Counted from the stretch's first letter, positions 45,553 through 56,445 are shown. The stretch: 64,000 nucleotides of DNA from an uncultured Mycoplasmatota bacterium (GCA_900553395.1 USDJ01000004.1:23038-87037), one strand, 5' to 3'. Numbers and translations are program-made. The notes: generated by a model not told the origin, from the sequence alone.

Positions 45553-46620
45553 TTAATAAGTTATAACTTTTTTATCATAATTATTTCCTAAAAATTCGTT
45601 GTAGTCATTAGGAATGACAATAGTATCAATGTTACCATCAGATATATATCTATTACTTTCAAGTAATTTAAAATTCATACTTATGTCAAATTCTTTTCCT
45701 TCATTGTCATATGCTCTAATTCGCTTTAAAAATTTAGGATTAAAATCCTTATCAAAAGGTGAACTTTCAGCTTTCCATCCAACTCTTAAAGCTGATTTTG
45801 TTTCATATGTTTTATTATTATAATTAGTATTAAAAATATATTTCATATTGTCATGCTCTAGTTTATAAGGAGAACCAAATGGGAGTGCCACTATATTTAC
45901 ATACTTGTTTGGAATTATACTATCTAATATTTCATACACTCTGCCTACTTCCTCTTGTGATCTATTTCCATCAACCTTAGAAAAATTTACATGAGTATAT
46001 GTATGATTACCTATATCATATCCATTATTAACTAGCCAATTTAAAATCTTATCATTATATTCTTCTTGTTGAAATAAACCGCCATTGACAAAAAAAGTTG
46101 CTGTAACATTATAATCCTTATATTTACTTTTGAATTCTTCTAATATTCCAACAGCAGAATTTGGATCTATAATTATATCTCCTTTTTCATCAAGGCCAAG
46201 TACTTTAATATTATTTGAGATTCCATCATCAAATGTTAATATTATAGGGCTTTTTCCTAGTTCTACGTCTATTTTACCATCTACATAATCGTCAAGACGT
46301 ATCATTCTATAACCATTTTCATAATAAAACTCTAAATCGTTTCTAAATGCCTCACTAGTTCTTTGATATCCATCTTTATCAATATTTCCACCCGTATACT
46401 TAGTGTCGCTATTATTTAAATCTTGAATACCATGATACATCATAATAGGGACTTCACCTAACTCATTAACTTTATTATTTTGATAATCTTCTACAGTTAG
46501 TTCCTTTTTTACTTCTTCTTTTTTTATATCCTTATCATCTTCTACAATACTTTTTTCTTTTTTTACGTTTGAACATCCTACTATTAAAACTGTTAAAATC
46601 AATACAAAAATTTTTTTCAT
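45553..46620 (-). CDS. Polysaccharide deacetylase lipoprotein (NodB domain)
   Basis: Lipobox LIVGC, plus NodB motifs LTFDDG and GNHTYTH. Confidence 0.8.
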   Translation of the reverse strand: MKKIFVLILTVLIVGCSNVKKEKSIVEDDKDIKKEEVKKELTVEDYQNNKVNELGEVPIMMYHGIQDLNNSDTKYTGGNIDKDGYQRTSEAFRNDLEFYYENGYRMIRLDDYVDGKIDVELGKSPIILTFDDGISNNIKVLGLDEKGDIIIDPNSAVGILEEFKSKYKDYNVTATFFVNGGLFQQEEYNDKILNWLVNNGYDIGNHTYTHVNFSKVDGNRSQEEVGRVYEILDSIIPNKYVNIVALPFGSPYKLEHDNMKYIFNTNYNNKTYETKSALRVGWKAESSPFDKDFNPKFLKRIRAYDNEGKEFDISMNFKLLESNRYISDGNIDTIVIPNDYNEFLGNNYDKKVITY

Positions 46621-46660
46621 AAACTCACCACTACTATTATTTCCATTAATATACTTTTTA

Positions 46661-47665
46661 TTATTTTTTATTAAACGGAATTCCTAAATGTTCATAAGCT
46701 TTTTCTGTAACCATTCTTCCTCTTGTAGTTCTTTTTAATAAACCTGTTTGTAGTAAATATGGTTCATATACATCTTCTATTGTAGTTTGCTCTTCTCCTA
46801 TAGAAGAGGCTATAGCTTCTATTCCAACAGGTCCTCCGTTAAACCTTTCTATTATTGCCTTAAGCAAATTATAGTCAGTATTGTCTAGCCCTAGCTCATC
46901 TACTTTTAGTTTATCCAAGGCTAATTTAGTAATTTCTAAATCTATATTACCATTTCCTTTTACAAGTGCAAAATCTCTAACTCTTTTAAAAAGTCTATTA
47001 CATATTCTTGGAGTACCACGAGATCTTCGTGCTAGCTCTCTAGCGGCATCTAAATCAATAGGAGCATTTAAAACTTGACTAGTCCTAATAGCAATTTTCT
47101 GCAATTCATCAACATTATAATAATTTAATTTATTTATTATACCGAACCTGTCACGAAGTGGACTAGTTAAATCTCCAGCTCTAGTTGTAGCACCTACTAA
47201 AGTAAATGGTGGAAGATCTATTTTAATACTTCTACTAGAGTTCTCAGCACCTACTACTATATCCAATGTAAAATCTTCCATAGCAGAATATAGTATTTCT
47301 TCAACAAATCTAGGTATTCTATGAATTTCATCTATAAATAGAACATCACCTGGTTCTAAATTAGATAAGATTGCTGCTAGATCTCCACTTTTTTCTATAG
47401 AAGGTCCACTTGCGGTTTTAATATTGCTTCCTAATTCGTGCGCTATTATATAAGCTAGTGTCGTCTTTCCAAGTCCTGGAGGACCATAAAGTAAAACATG
47501 ATCTAAAGGTTCCTCTCTAATCTTAGCGGCCTTAATAAATATTTCTAAGTTTTCTTTTACTTCACTTTGTCCAACATATTCTTCTAAAGATTCTGGCCTT
47601 ATATTCTTTTCAAAATTGTCTTCAGATAATTTATTTTCAGTAATTATTCTATCCACACTACTCAC
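46661..47665 (-). CDS. ruvB: Holliday junction helicase RuvB
   Basis: [17 protein letters not shown] and the sensor [12 protein letters not shown], at 334 aa. Confidence 0.95.
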   Translation of the reverse strand: MSSVDRIITENKLSEDNFEKNIRPESLEEYVGQSEVKENLEIFIKAAKIREEPLDHVLLYGPPGLGKTTLAYIIAHELGSNIKTASGPSIEKSGDLAAILSNLEPGDVLFIDEIHRIPRFVEEILYSAMEDFTLDIVVGAENSSRSIKIDLPPFTLVGATTRAGDLTSPLRDRFGIINKLNYYNVDELQKIAIRTSQVLNAPIDLDAARELARRSRGTPRICNRLFKRVRDFALVKGNGNIDLEITKLALDKLKVDELGLDNTDYNLLKAIIERFNGGPVGIEAIASSIGEEQTTIEDVYEPYLLQTGLLKRTTRGRMVTEKAYEHLGIPFNKK

Positions 47666-48161
47666 CTACTTTATTTATATATTCCAAAACTTCTCTCCAG
47701 CTTTTTACATCTTTTCCAAACATTATACATTCAATATTTTCGCTTTTCATATTATTATAAACACTCAAGCTATCATCTATCATAAGACTAATGCCTAATT
47801 CTTTCGCTATATCAGATTTTAATTGTTGATTGAAATATATTTCGTCAAAATATAAATTATTTTCTCTAAGCATATTGATAGTTAAATCTTCTACCCGAGC
47901 ACAATACTTATTATTTCGCGCTGTAATAATATAAAGTTTATGTCCTAACTTGTGCAGTTCAGCCATTGCTTCTTTAGCACCTTTTTTTAGTTTTACGCCC
48001 TTAAACATTTCACTCAAATATTTACTATATTTTAAAAGTTCTTCTTCACTCCATCTACTTTTAAAATTTTTGTCTGTGCATATGTTATATTTTTTATTTA
48101 TATAGCGAAATGATTTAGCAGTATCAGTTAAAGTCTCATCTATATCTATTCCTATTTTCAT
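47658..48161 (-). CDS. HAD-superfamily 5'(3')-deoxyribonucleotidase-like phosphatase
   Basis: DxDxT motif ([11 protein letters not shown]), IITAR and a MIDDS motif. It is wedged between ruvA (1-nt gap) and ruvB (8-nt overlap). Confidence 0.65.
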   Translation of the reverse strand: MKIGIDIDETLTDTAKSFRYINKKYNICTDKNFKSRWSEEELLKYSKYLSEMFKGVKLKKGAKEAMAELHKLGHKLYIITARNNKYCARVEDLTINMLRENNLYFDEIYFNQQLKSDIAKELGISLMIDDSLSVYNNMKSENIECIMFGKDVKSWREVLEYINKVGE

Positions 48162-48162
48162 A

Positions 48163-48720
48163 CTATTTTAACAGCAATTTTAATGCTTCCTTTACTTGGT
48201 TTTCTATAGCTAAATCGTTATCTACTGAAGACAATATTTTATTAATATCTGATTGTTTATATCCTAATCCTTTTAGTACTTCTATAAGCTCTGTATAATC
48301 TTTTTGTTGGTTAAATAAGTTTGAGCCACCATCAAGTTTACCTTTTAAATCTAGTATTATTTGCCTTGCTACCTTATCTCCTATTTTAGGAAACTTCTTT
48401 AAATATAGTACATTTTCTCTTTCTATAGCATCTACTATACCATCGATAGAGCCTGTAGCAAGCATCGGAAGTGCCATTTTACATCCCAAACCTTTTACAT
48501 TAATAAGTTTTAAAAACATTTCTTTTTCTTCAAATGACTTAAATCCGTATAACGAAATCTCATCTTCTCTAACATACTGATAAATATATATTGTATAAGT
48601 TTCATTTAACTCATATGAATATGGATTTGCCACATATATTAAATACCCTATATTATTATTATCTAAAACTATGTAATTTCCCTTTTGACAAGTTATAGTT
48701 CCTTTTATATATTCATACAT
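48163..48720 (-). CDS. ruvA: Holliday junction DNA helicase RuvA
   Basis: MYEYIKGTI..., HhH motifs (LINVKGLGCKMAL and LKKFPKIGDKVA) and a C-terminal domain III. Confidence 0.9.
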   Translation of the reverse strand: MYEYIKGTITCQKGNYIVLDNNNIGYLIYVANPYSYELNETYTIYIYQYVREDEISLYGFKSFEEKEMFLKLINVKGLGCKMALPMLATGSIDGIVDAIERENVLYLKKFPKIGDKVARQIILDLKGKLDGGSNLFNQQKDYTELIEVLKGLGYKQSDINKILSSVDNDLAIENQVKEALKLLLK

Positions 48721-48776
48721 ACTATCACCATTTTAAGTATAGCACAAACAAATGTTTTTATCAAGGAAAAAATGAA

Positions 48777-49262
48777 TTACTTTTCATAACTCATTTTTAA
48801 TTGAACCGTATTAAAAATAATCAATATAGATTCAGTTACAATTCCCACTATTGAATAAACAAATGTTGAATATAACATCCAAAACAAAGAATTTAATATT
48901 GCACCTATCAAAATATTTTTTTTATCTTTTTTTGATATAAATATTAAATAGCAAATATTAGCACACATTGGAAATATAGAATATAAAGATTCGTAAAAAA
49001 TAATTGTAATAATTAAATATATAATAGTAAATATAGTGACCAATAATATATTAACTCGTTTTACTTTTACAAATATAATATTTCTAATCGCTCCAACAAA
49101 ACTTATAAATGCCCCAGATAAACCTCCAAGTAAAAAGTAATGTACTGCGTATGCTAAATTAGATGTTATTTGATAAGTAAGTATAGTGTTAGAATCTTTT
49201 TTATAATAGGATAAGACTAGTACGCAAAATGCAAGTAATCCTATCAACTGTATATAAATCAT
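48777..49262 (-). CDS. YgjV-like inner membrane protein
   Basis: Five TM segments and a ~160 aa length. The start overlaps the gap stop by 1 nt (TAATG). Confidence 0.5.
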   Translation of the reverse strand: MIYIQLIGLLAFCVLVLSYYKKDSNTILTYQITSNLAYAVHYFLLGGLSGAFISFVGAIRNIIFVKVKRVNILLVTIFTIIYLIITIIFYESLYSIFPMCANICYLIFISKKDKKNILIGAILNSLFWMLYSTFVYSIVGIVTESILIIFNTVQLKMSYEK

Positions 49263-50266
49263 TAAATTTGTCCAAAATATTTAGCAGTTCTAACCATTTG
49301 AGCACTATAGCTCATTTCGTTATCATACCAAGCTATAACTTTTACTAATTGTTTACCATCAACATCAAGAACACGAGTCAAATCGCCATCTATAAGTCCA
49401 CCCAAATGTGAACCTATAATATCGCTAGAAACAATTGGATCCATAGTAAAACCTACTGTTTCATTAGAATTTGCTTTAAATAAATTGTTAATCTCCTCTA
49501 CTGTAGTGTTTCTATTTAATTCTAGAGATAAATCTATGACAGAACCAGTTGATACAGGTACTCTCAATGCTCCACCATCTAATTTACCCTTTAAAGATGG
49601 AATAACTAAGCCAATAGCACTAGCTGCTCCTGTTGAAGAAGGTATTATGTTAGCAGCACAAGCACGTCCCCTACGAGAATATATTCCTTTTTTATGTGCT
49701 ATATCAAGAGTTGCTTGATCATTAGTATATGCGTGAACTGTCGTCATAAAGCCTTTTTTTATTCCTATATTATTTTCTATTATATTTAAAACTGGTGCTA
49801 AACAATTTGTCGTACAGCTTGCTGCACTTATAACTTTTTCACTTCCTGTTAATATTTTGTGATTAACATTATATACAATTGTTTTTATATCACCCTTTGC
49901 AGGAGCACTTATAATAACTTTTTTTGCTCCAGCTGCAATATGCATACTAGCACTCTTTTCATCAGTAAATCTACCCGTACATTCAAATACTTCATCTATT
50001 TCAAGCTCTTTCCATGGTAAATTAGATGGATCAGTTTCAGCATAAACCCTTATCTTTCTATTGCCAACAATAATATACTCTCCTTCAAAACTAATTTCAT
50101 CTACTCTATAGTTTCCATGATTAGTATCATATTTTAATAAATAAGCTAATTGTTCTGCATCTGTTAAATCGTTGATTGCTACTACTTCAAAATCGCTATC
50201 TTCCTCCATTAGTCTAAAAACTAATCTTCCTATTCTTCCAAAGCCATTAATTGCTACTCTTATCAT
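49262..50266 (-). CDS. gap: Glyceraldehyde-3-phosphate dehydrogenase, type I
   Basis: INGFGRIGR, the active site SCTTNCLAP and WYDNE. Confidence 0.95.
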   Translation of the reverse strand: MIRVAINGFGRIGRLVFRLMEEDSDFEVVAINDLTDAEQLAYLLKYDTNHGNYRVDEISFEGEYIIVGNRKIRVYAETDPSNLPWKELEIDEVFECTGRFTDEKSASMHIAAGAKKVIISAPAKGDIKTIVYNVNHKILTGSEKVISAASCTTNCLAPVLNIIENNIGIKKGFMTTVHAYTNDQATLDIAHKKGIYSRRGRACAANIIPSSTGAASAIGLVIPSLKGKLDGGALRVPVSTGSVIDLSLELNRNTTVEEINNLFKANSNETVGFTMDPIVSSDIIGSHLGGLIDGDLTRVLDVDGKQLVKVIAWYDNEMSYSAQMVRTAKYFGQI

Positions 50267-50280
50267 ATTATTCCCTCTTT

Positions 50281-51945
50281 CTAATCCTTAAAGCAACTTC
50301 CACCAATAAATTCTCTTAGTACGGAATTAGATGGAATATCATCACTAGGTATTGGCAAGAAATTTCTTAAAAAATTAATCAATCTAAGCGCCTCTGGATA
50401 CTCCGGATCTTCTTCAGATACGTTAAATAATAATGGTTCTACATAAGTTTTAAGAACTCCTATCTCATAAATTAAAGAAGAATTTATAACGGTATCAACA
50501 CTATCTTGAAATTTGAATATATTTTCTCTTTCCCCATTTTTTATAGATGGCCACATTTCAAGTGTTTCTTTGGCGCCGTGTCCACGCGTTTTACTATCAC
50601 GAATAATTCTTCTAAGCTTTCTAACATCACTAGTATGAATATAATTATGATTATCAATATTCATCTGAGTTAAAGGGCTTATATATATTTTATACTTTTG
50701 AGATTTATTTATAGACATAGTAAGTTCATCATTTAATGCATGAAGTCCTTCAACTATTATTATGTCCTTTTCCCCTAATTGTAAACTATTACCTTTATAT
50801 TCTCTTTTTCCTAGAACAAAATTAAATGTTGGTAAATTTACTTTTTTTCCATCTAATAAATCAGATAAGTTTTTATTAAACAATTCAACATCAATTGCTC
50901 TGATAGATTCAAAATCCGGGTTACCATTCTCATCCAAAGGCCTTTTTGATATATCAGTAAAATAATTATCTAAAGCTATTGGATGAGTAGCAAATCCTTT
51001 ACTTCTCAAATATATGTCTAGTTTTTTAGATGTTGTAGTCTTTCCACTAGATGAAGGTCCAGCTATAAGAACTAGCTTTATTTTTCTATTGCTATTATAT
51101 ATTTCATCCGCTATTTTTGCTAATTGACTATCATAATATGCCTCAGCTAAGTTTACAAGTTCACACACTTTAGCATGAGAAACTGCTTGATTTAAATCTG
51201 ATGCATTTTCTAGTCCTAAAACCTTAGCCCACTCTCCATATTCTTCAAACTTATTAAATACTTTTTCGTGGAAAACATAATCTAAAGTACATTCTGGATT
51301 TAATATATCTGGTACAGATAAAACAAAACCATTTTTATTTACAAGTGTCAATTTAAAATCATTAATTTGACTAGTACTATATGCCAATTTGCCATGGAAA
51401 TAATCGTACATATCATTTATTCTATACAAATTTATATAAGTATTTGATATGTATTTTAATACATTTACTTTGTCAAGTTTATTTAACTTTTTAAAATATT
51501 TTATAGCATCTATTCTTGACACGCTAATTTTAGTATATATATAGTCATCTCTAACTATTTGCATCATTTCATCATATACATCTTGAAGAAGAGATTTAGT
51601 TAAACTAACACCAGTTACCTTACAATATACACCATTGTCCATCGAATGATCAACTAATATATCTATATCTTCACCAAGTACATTTTTAGCTGCTAAAAGC
51701 AATATAAAAATAGCACTTTTAGAATAAACTTCATTACCAGTTGAACTAGATCTATCATAAAAATCTATACTGCATTTCTTTTTTAAAGTCTCACTTAAAT
51801 CTACAATATCATTATCTACTTTGGCTACTAATATATCGTAGTTATAATTGTGTTTAAATTTTTCTGATATTTCTTTAAATGTTACTCCTTCGTCAAATTC
51901 AAGCGTTTCAAATCCTCTATATGTAACTTTAATTTTCTTTTCCAT
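50281..51945 (-). CDS. Uridine kinase-family nucleoside kinase with N-terminal TGS-like extension
   Basis: P-loop IAGPSSSGKTTT in the C-terminal PRK/Udk-type domain. The ~280-aa N-terminal region begins with a TGS-like IKVTYRGFETLEFDEG. Confidence 0.7.
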   Translation of the reverse strand: MEKKIKVTYRGFETLEFDEGVTFKEISEKFKHNYNYDILVAKVDNDIVDLSETLKKKCSIDFYDRSSSTGNEVYSKSAIFILLLAAKNVLGEDIDILVDHSMDNGVYCKVTGVSLTKSLLQDVYDEMMQIVRDDYIYTKISVSRIDAIKYFKKLNKLDKVNVLKYISNTYINLYRINDMYDYFHGKLAYSTSQINDFKLTLVNKNGFVLSVPDILNPECTLDYVFHEKVFNKFEEYGEWAKVLGLENASDLNQAVSHAKVCELVNLAEAYYDSQLAKIADEIYNSNRKIKLVLIAGPSSSGKTTTSKKLDIYLRSKGFATHPIALDNYFTDISKRPLDENGNPDFESIRAIDVELFNKNLSDLLDGKKVNLPTFNFVLGKREYKGNSLQLGEKDIIIVEGLHALNDELTMSINKSQKYKIYISPLTQMNIDNHNYIHTSDVRKLRRIIRDSKTRGHGAKETLEMWPSIKNGERENIFKFQDSVDTVINSSLIYEIGVLKTYVEPLLFNVSEEDPEYPEALRLINFLRNFLPIPSDDIPSNSVLREFIGGSCFKD

Positions 51946-52054
51946 AACATCCCTCTTATCTTCCTTAATTTTATCAAAAAAAAATAATTTTGTCGACTTT
52001 TTTATGAATAAAGCATTATCTTTACAACTAATATATACATGAGGAGATGATTTT

Positions 52055-52633
52055 ATGCTAATACCAACAGTAATAGATAAAACGAATAATTCAGAAAGAG
52101 TTTATGATATATATTCAAGGTTATTAAAAGATAGAATAATAATTATAAACGGAGAAATAGATAATAATCTATCTAATAGTGTCGTAGCCCAACTACTTTA
52201 TCTAGATTCAATAAGTAATGATGACATATCAATCTATATAAATTCACCAGGTGGAAGTGTTACAGATGGATTTGCTATATACGATACTATGAACTATATA
52301 AAAAGTGATGTATCTACAATTGGGATGGGAATATGTGCTTCTATGGCTGCATTCCTACTTAGTAGTGGTGCAAAAGGAAAACGATATATTTTACCAAACG
52401 GAGAGGTTATGATTCATCAACCTTTAGGTGGTGTTAAAGGTCAAGCAACAGAAATTAAAATAGCAGCTGAACATATATTAAAAACTAAAGAAAAGCTAAA
52501 TAAAATTCTTTCTATCAATACAGGAAAAAACTTAAGTATTATTGAAAAAGACACAGATAGAGATAATTTTATGGATTCGAATGAAGCATTAAATTATGGA
52601 ATAATTGATAAAATCATCAATAATGCAAACTAA
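52055..52633 (+). CDS. clpP: ATP-dependent Clp protease proteolytic subunit
   Basis: [25 protein letters not shown], the catalytic Ser in [13 protein letters not shown] and MIHQPLGG. Confidence 0.95.
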   Translation: MLIPTVIDKTNNSERVYDIYSRLLKDRIIIINGEIDNNLSNSVVAQLLYLDSISNDDISIYINSPGGSVTDGFAIYDTMNYIKSDVSTIGMGICASMAAFLLSSGAKGKRYILPNGEVMIHQPLGGVKGQATEIKIAAEHILKTKEKLNKILSINTGKNLSIIEKDTDRDNFMDSNEALNYGIIDKIINNAN

Positions 52634-52654
52634 AAAGTGGAACAATCCACTTTT
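52633..52654. terminator. Bidirectional terminator between clpP and serS
   Basis: Stem AAAAGTGGA/TCCACTTTT with loop ACAA. Confidence 0.6.
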
Positions 52655-53936
52655 ATTTTGCACTTATTTTTTCTAATCCTCCCATATAAGGAACTAATAC
52701 CTTTGGAACATTTATAGAACCATCTTCATTATAATTATTCTCTATTAAAGCTATAAGAGCTCTAGTATTAGCTAAAACTGTATTATTTAAAGTATGTGGA
52801 TAATAATTTCCACTTTCTCCTTTTACCCTAATGCCTAATCTTCTTGCTTGCGCATCAGTCATATTTGAGCAAGATCCGACTTCAAAATATTTTTTCTGTC
52901 TTGGACTCCAAGCTTCTATATCACATGATTTATTTTTTAAATCTGCAAGATCACCACTGCAACAATTTAAAAGCCTAACTGGTATGTCCATATTTCTAAA
53001 AATATCTACTGTATATTGCCACATCTTATCATACCATTCATTAGATTGTTCTGGTTTACATAAAACTATCATTTCTTGTTTTTCGAATTGGTGAACTCTA
53101 TATATTCCTCTTTCCTCTATGCCATGAGCACCAACTTCTTTTCTAAAACAAGGAGAATATGACGTCATAGTAATAGGAAGACTATTTTCATTTATCATTT
53201 GATCTTTAAAACGTCCTATCATAGGATGCTCACTCGTACCAATCAAAAACAAATCTTCTCCTTCTATCTTATACATCATATTACTCATTTCTTCGAAAGA
53301 CATAACTCCACTTGCTACATCACTTCTAATCATAAATGGAGGAATGCAATATATAAAGCCCTTATTTATCATATAGTCTCTAGCATAATTTAACATAGCA
53401 GTTGATAATCTAGCTATATCCCCCATCAAGTAATAAAATCCATTACCACTAGTTCTGCCTGCAGATATTTTATCTAATCCATTCAATTTTTCTATTATAT
53501 CTGCGTGATATGGAATTTCAAAATCTGGAACAAATGGATCTCCAAATTTTTCTATTTCTACATTTTCACTATCATCTTTTCCTATAGGAACACTATCATC
53601 TATTATGTTTGGAATAACATACATGAGTTTCTTTACTTCTTTTTCTAATTCTTCTTCTTTAGATGTTAGAGAATCTATTTCATCACCGTAAGAAGACACC
53701 TCTAGTTTAATTTTTTCAGCTTCGTCCTTTTTGCCTTCCCTTATTAAAGCTCCTATTTCACTACTTTTAGAATTCTTTAAAGCTCTTAAATTGTCTCCTT
53801 TTTTCTTTAAAGTACGAAATTCTAAATCTAACTCATAAATTTTATCAACAATTTCTAATTTATCATCTTGAAACTTTTTCTTTATATTTTCTTTAACCAA
53901 TTCTTTATCATTTCTTATTAAATTTATATCAATCAT
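52653..53936 (-). CDS. serS: Seryl-tRNA synthetase
   Basis: An N-terminal coiled-coil arm (MIDINLIRN...) and class II motifs (FRKEVGAHG..RGIYRVHQFEK and GSCSN). A Ser-specific T-box lies upstream. Confidence 0.95.
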   Translation of the reverse strand: MIDINLIRNDKELVKENIKKKFQDDKLEIVDKIYELDLEFRTLKKKGDNLRALKNSKSSEIGALIREGKKDEAEKIKLEVSSYGDEIDSLTSKEEELEKEVKKLMYVIPNIIDDSVPIGKDDSENVEIEKFGDPFVPDFEIPYHADIIEKLNGLDKISAGRTSGNGFYYLMGDIARLSTAMLNYARDYMINKGFIYCIPPFMIRSDVASGVMSFEEMSNMMYKIEGEDLFLIGTSEHPMIGRFKDQMINENSLPITMTSYSPCFRKEVGAHGIEERGIYRVHQFEKQEMIVLCKPEQSNEWYDKMWQYTVDIFRNMDIPVRLLNCCSGDLADLKNKSCDIEAWSPRQKKYFEVGSCSNMTDAQARRLGIRVKGESGNYYPHTLNNTVLANTRALIALIENNYNEDGSINVPKVLVPYMGGLEKISAK

Positions 53937-54162
53937 TACTAATCTCTCCTTACATTTTTAATGGTTAAATAAAAGGATGATACCCAAAGGAGCACATATC
54001 AGTGCGGTACCATCCTATTTATACTTAATTATTATAACGGCATCACCGGAAATGTTTACATTTCTCTTAAGAGTAGATTCATAAAATATAAGTATTAGTT
54101 CACACCGACCACTAACTCTCTTAAAAATAATATTTTACTACTATTCTCCATCAACGATTTAC
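53937..54162 (-). promoter_or_regulatory. T-box riboswitch leader (Ser specifier UCU)
   Basis: Minus strand has AGAGAG Stem I, a specifier loop GAAUCUAC (UCU at 54075-54077), the T-box AGGATGGTACCGCAC (54002-54015) and a terminator GGATGGTACC...GGGTATCATCC followed by TTTTATTT. Confidence 0.85.
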
Positions 54163-54168
54163 AAGTAT

Positions 54169-54197
54169 ATTCTAACACTCAATATAATATTAGTCAA
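54169..54197 (-). promoter_or_regulatory. Sigma-A type promoter of the serS leader
   Basis: Minus strand reads TTGACT (54192-54197), 17 nt spacer, TAGAAT (54169-54174). Confidence 0.6.
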
Positions 54198-54200
54198 CAA

Positions 54201-54614
54201 TTAGTTTAAAATTTTTTGATAAGTTCCTCTTTGTAACTTAAGTTCCTTTTCCTTCATCTTTGAAATTAACTTTATCATAAAGCTAAGCTCTCTTTTTGAT
54301 TCCAATGAATCATTTCCATCTAAATTTTTAATTAAAGATGAAGCTATTTCATTTGGCGTAAGTCCATCTTTTAATGCAGAAACAATACTAGCGCTATTTG
54401 CTCTAATAAAATCAGATAAAAACCTCTCATCCATATTTTTACTAGGAGCACCTTTCATACTAGCAATAATTCTTACTGTATCTTTTGCTTGAGGCGGAAA
54501 CGTATCTGCACGTACAAGTCTTTCTAAAGTATCAGAAACGGCTTCAGGTTTTATTCCATCATATAGTGCATCCTTTATATAAGGTCCTTTTTCACTAATT
54601 AAATTACTCTCCAT
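54201..54614 (-). CDS. Hypothetical 137-aa protein
   Basis: The protein looks helical and soluble. I recognise no family. Confidence 0.5.
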   Translation of the reverse strand: MESNLISEKGPYIKDALYDGIKPEAVSDTLERLVRADTFPPQAKDTVRIIASMKGAPSKNMDERFLSDFIRANSASIVSALKDGLTPNEIASSLIKNLDGNDSLESKRELSFMIKLISKMKEKELKLQRGTYQKILN

Positions 54615-54740
54615 TTTAACTCACCTAAATTAATTTTAACTAAAACAAATATTTTATTCAATACTTTTTTTATATTTATTATTTTCTTTACAAGTTATAG
54701 GACAAAATGTGTAAATCATATATTTATTTTGAGGTGTATA

Positions 54741-55439
54741 ATGTTAGAATTTCTAAAAAAATTATTTAAAGATTTCTTTGTTTTTACCGCAGCATATTCA
54801 AATAATAGTTTCCCGGATCCACTGCCAAAAGAAGAAGAAGACAAATGTGTAGAAAAAGCTAATCTAGGCGATAAAGAAGCTAGGTCTAAATTAATAGAAC
54901 ATAACTTAAGATTAGTAGCGCATATAGTAAAAAAATATGACAATAAAAAAGAAGATACAGACGATTTAATAAGCATTGGAACTATAGGTTTAATAAAAGC
55001 CGTTGATAGCTATTCTAATAACAAAAATACAAGGCTTACTACATATGCTGCTAGATGTATAGAAAATGAAATATTAATGTATTTTAGAAATAATAAAAAA
55101 AGATCAAAAGATATAAGTATTAATGAATCGATTGGATTTGATAAAGAAGGTAACGAAGTTACAATATTAGATATTTTAAAAACTCCTACTCCTGATTTTG
55201 CGCTAGATATTCATAAAGAAAACAATATAGAAGACTTAAAAAAATATTTCTCTGTTTTAAATAGCAGAGAAAAAGAAATATTAACATATAGATATGGCTT
55301 ATTTGATAATGATGAAATAACACAAAAAGAAATCGCTAAAAAACTTGGTATTTCAAGAAGTTATGTATCAAGAATAGAAAAAAGAGCCCTAACTAAAATA
55401 CTTAGAGAATTTATGAAAAATAATAAAGATATCGAATAA
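54741..55439 (+). CDS. sigK: Sporulation sigma factor SigK (pro-sigma-K, uninterrupted)
   Basis: The ATG at 54741 follows GAGGTG. The pro-sequence ends near AAYSNNSFPDPL (cf. YVKNNAFPQPL). IEHNLRLVAHIVKKY is region 2, and region 4 is LGISRSYVSRIEKRAL. SigK is favoured over SigE on the region 2.1 wording. Confidence 0.8.
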   Translation: MLEFLKKLFKDFFVFTAAYSNNSFPDPLPKEEEDKCVEKANLGDKEARSKLIEHNLRLVAHIVKKYDNKKEDTDDLISIGTIGLIKAVDSYSNNKNTRLTTYAARCIENEILMYFRNNKKRSKDISINESIGFDKEGNEVTILDILKTPTPDFALDIHKENNIEDLKKYFSVLNSREKEILTYRYGLFDNDEITQKEIAKKLGISRSYVSRIEKRALTKILREFMKNNKDIE

Positions 55440-55441
55440 AT

Positions 55442-55466
55442 AAGCTTGGCAAATTTTGTCAAGCTT
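55442..55466. terminator. Bidirectional terminator between sigK and dusB
   Basis: Stem AAGCTTG/CAAGCTT with an 11-nt loop, then a T-rich tail. Confidence 0.5.
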
Positions 55467-56445
55467 ATTTTGTATTATTAACTAAATAGTCATCTAAAAG
55501 GCTAACTAATTCATCTTCTGTTTTGGTTTGAAATATTTTCTCCTTTAATTCTTTAGCATTAGGTAATCCTTTTAAATACCAAGCAGCGTGACTTCTTATT
55601 TCTAAAAGAGCTACTTTGTGTGGTTTAGTTTTAAGTAACAAATTTAAATGTTTTTTTATCATTTCGATTTTTTCTTCTAATGTAACCAAACTAGGTTCAA
55701 TTCCATTGTCAAGATAATCTACGCATTCTCTAATAAGCCAAGGATTTCCAAGAACTCCTCTACCTATCATAACAGCATCACATTTTGTTTCATCTAACAT
55801 TTTTTTGGCATCATAGGCACTTAATATATCACCATTACCTATTACTGGAATTCTAACATTTTCTTTTACTTTTTTAATTATATTCCAGTCTGCTTTTCCA
55901 CTATAGCCTTGTTTTCTTGTTCTAGGATGAACTGTAATAGCGCTTGCTCCTGCTTTTTCTATAACCTTAGCTATTTCTACGGCATTAATACTATTTTCAT
56001 CCCAACCACTTCTAATCTTAACGGTCACTGGAATTGGAACACAAGATACTACGGCAGAAACTATTTCATAAACTTTATCAGGATTTTTAAGTAAAGCACT
56101 TCCTGCTTGACTAGAAATGGCTACTTTTGGTACAGGACATCCCATATTAATATCAATAATATCAGGGTGCATATGCTCATATATATATTTAGCAGAATAT
56201 ACAAAAGATTTAATATCACTTCCAAATATTTGTTGACTTATAGGTCTTTCATAGTCAGTCATATAAAGCATATCTTGAGTTTTTTTACTACCAAAATATA
56301 TCGCTTTATCGCTAACCATTTCCGCAACTATAAGTCCTGCACCCATTTGCTTTATAATAGTTCTATAAGCACTATTAGATATTCCAGCCATTGGTGCTAA
56401 AACCACTTGATTTTTTATCTCAACATTACCTATATTCCACTTCAT
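55465..56445 (-). CDS. dusB: tRNA-dihydrouridine synthase
   Basis: LAPMAGISN, DINMGCP with the catalytic Cys, KIR, and HPRTR. Confidence 0.9.
   Translation of the reverse strand: MKWNIGNVEIKNQVVLAPMAGISNSAYRTIIKQMGAGLIVAEMVSDKAIYFGSKKTQDMLYMTDYERPISQQIFGSDIKSFVYSAKYIYEHMHPDIIDINMGCPVPKVAISSQAGSALLKNPDKVYEIVSAVVSCVPIPVTVKIRSGWDENSINAVEIAKVIEKAGASAITVHPRTRKQGYSGKADWNIIKKVKENVRIPVIGNGDILSAYDAKKMLDETKCDAVMIGRGVLGNPWLIRECVDYLDNGIEPSLVTLEEKIEMIKKHLNLLLKTKPHKVALLEIRSHAAWYLKGLPNAKELKEKIFQTKTEDELVSLLDDYLVNNTK

Noticed and set aside
54716-54976. An 86-aa minus-strand ORF.
   Set aside because: It lies antisense to the 5' part of sigK and has no SD.
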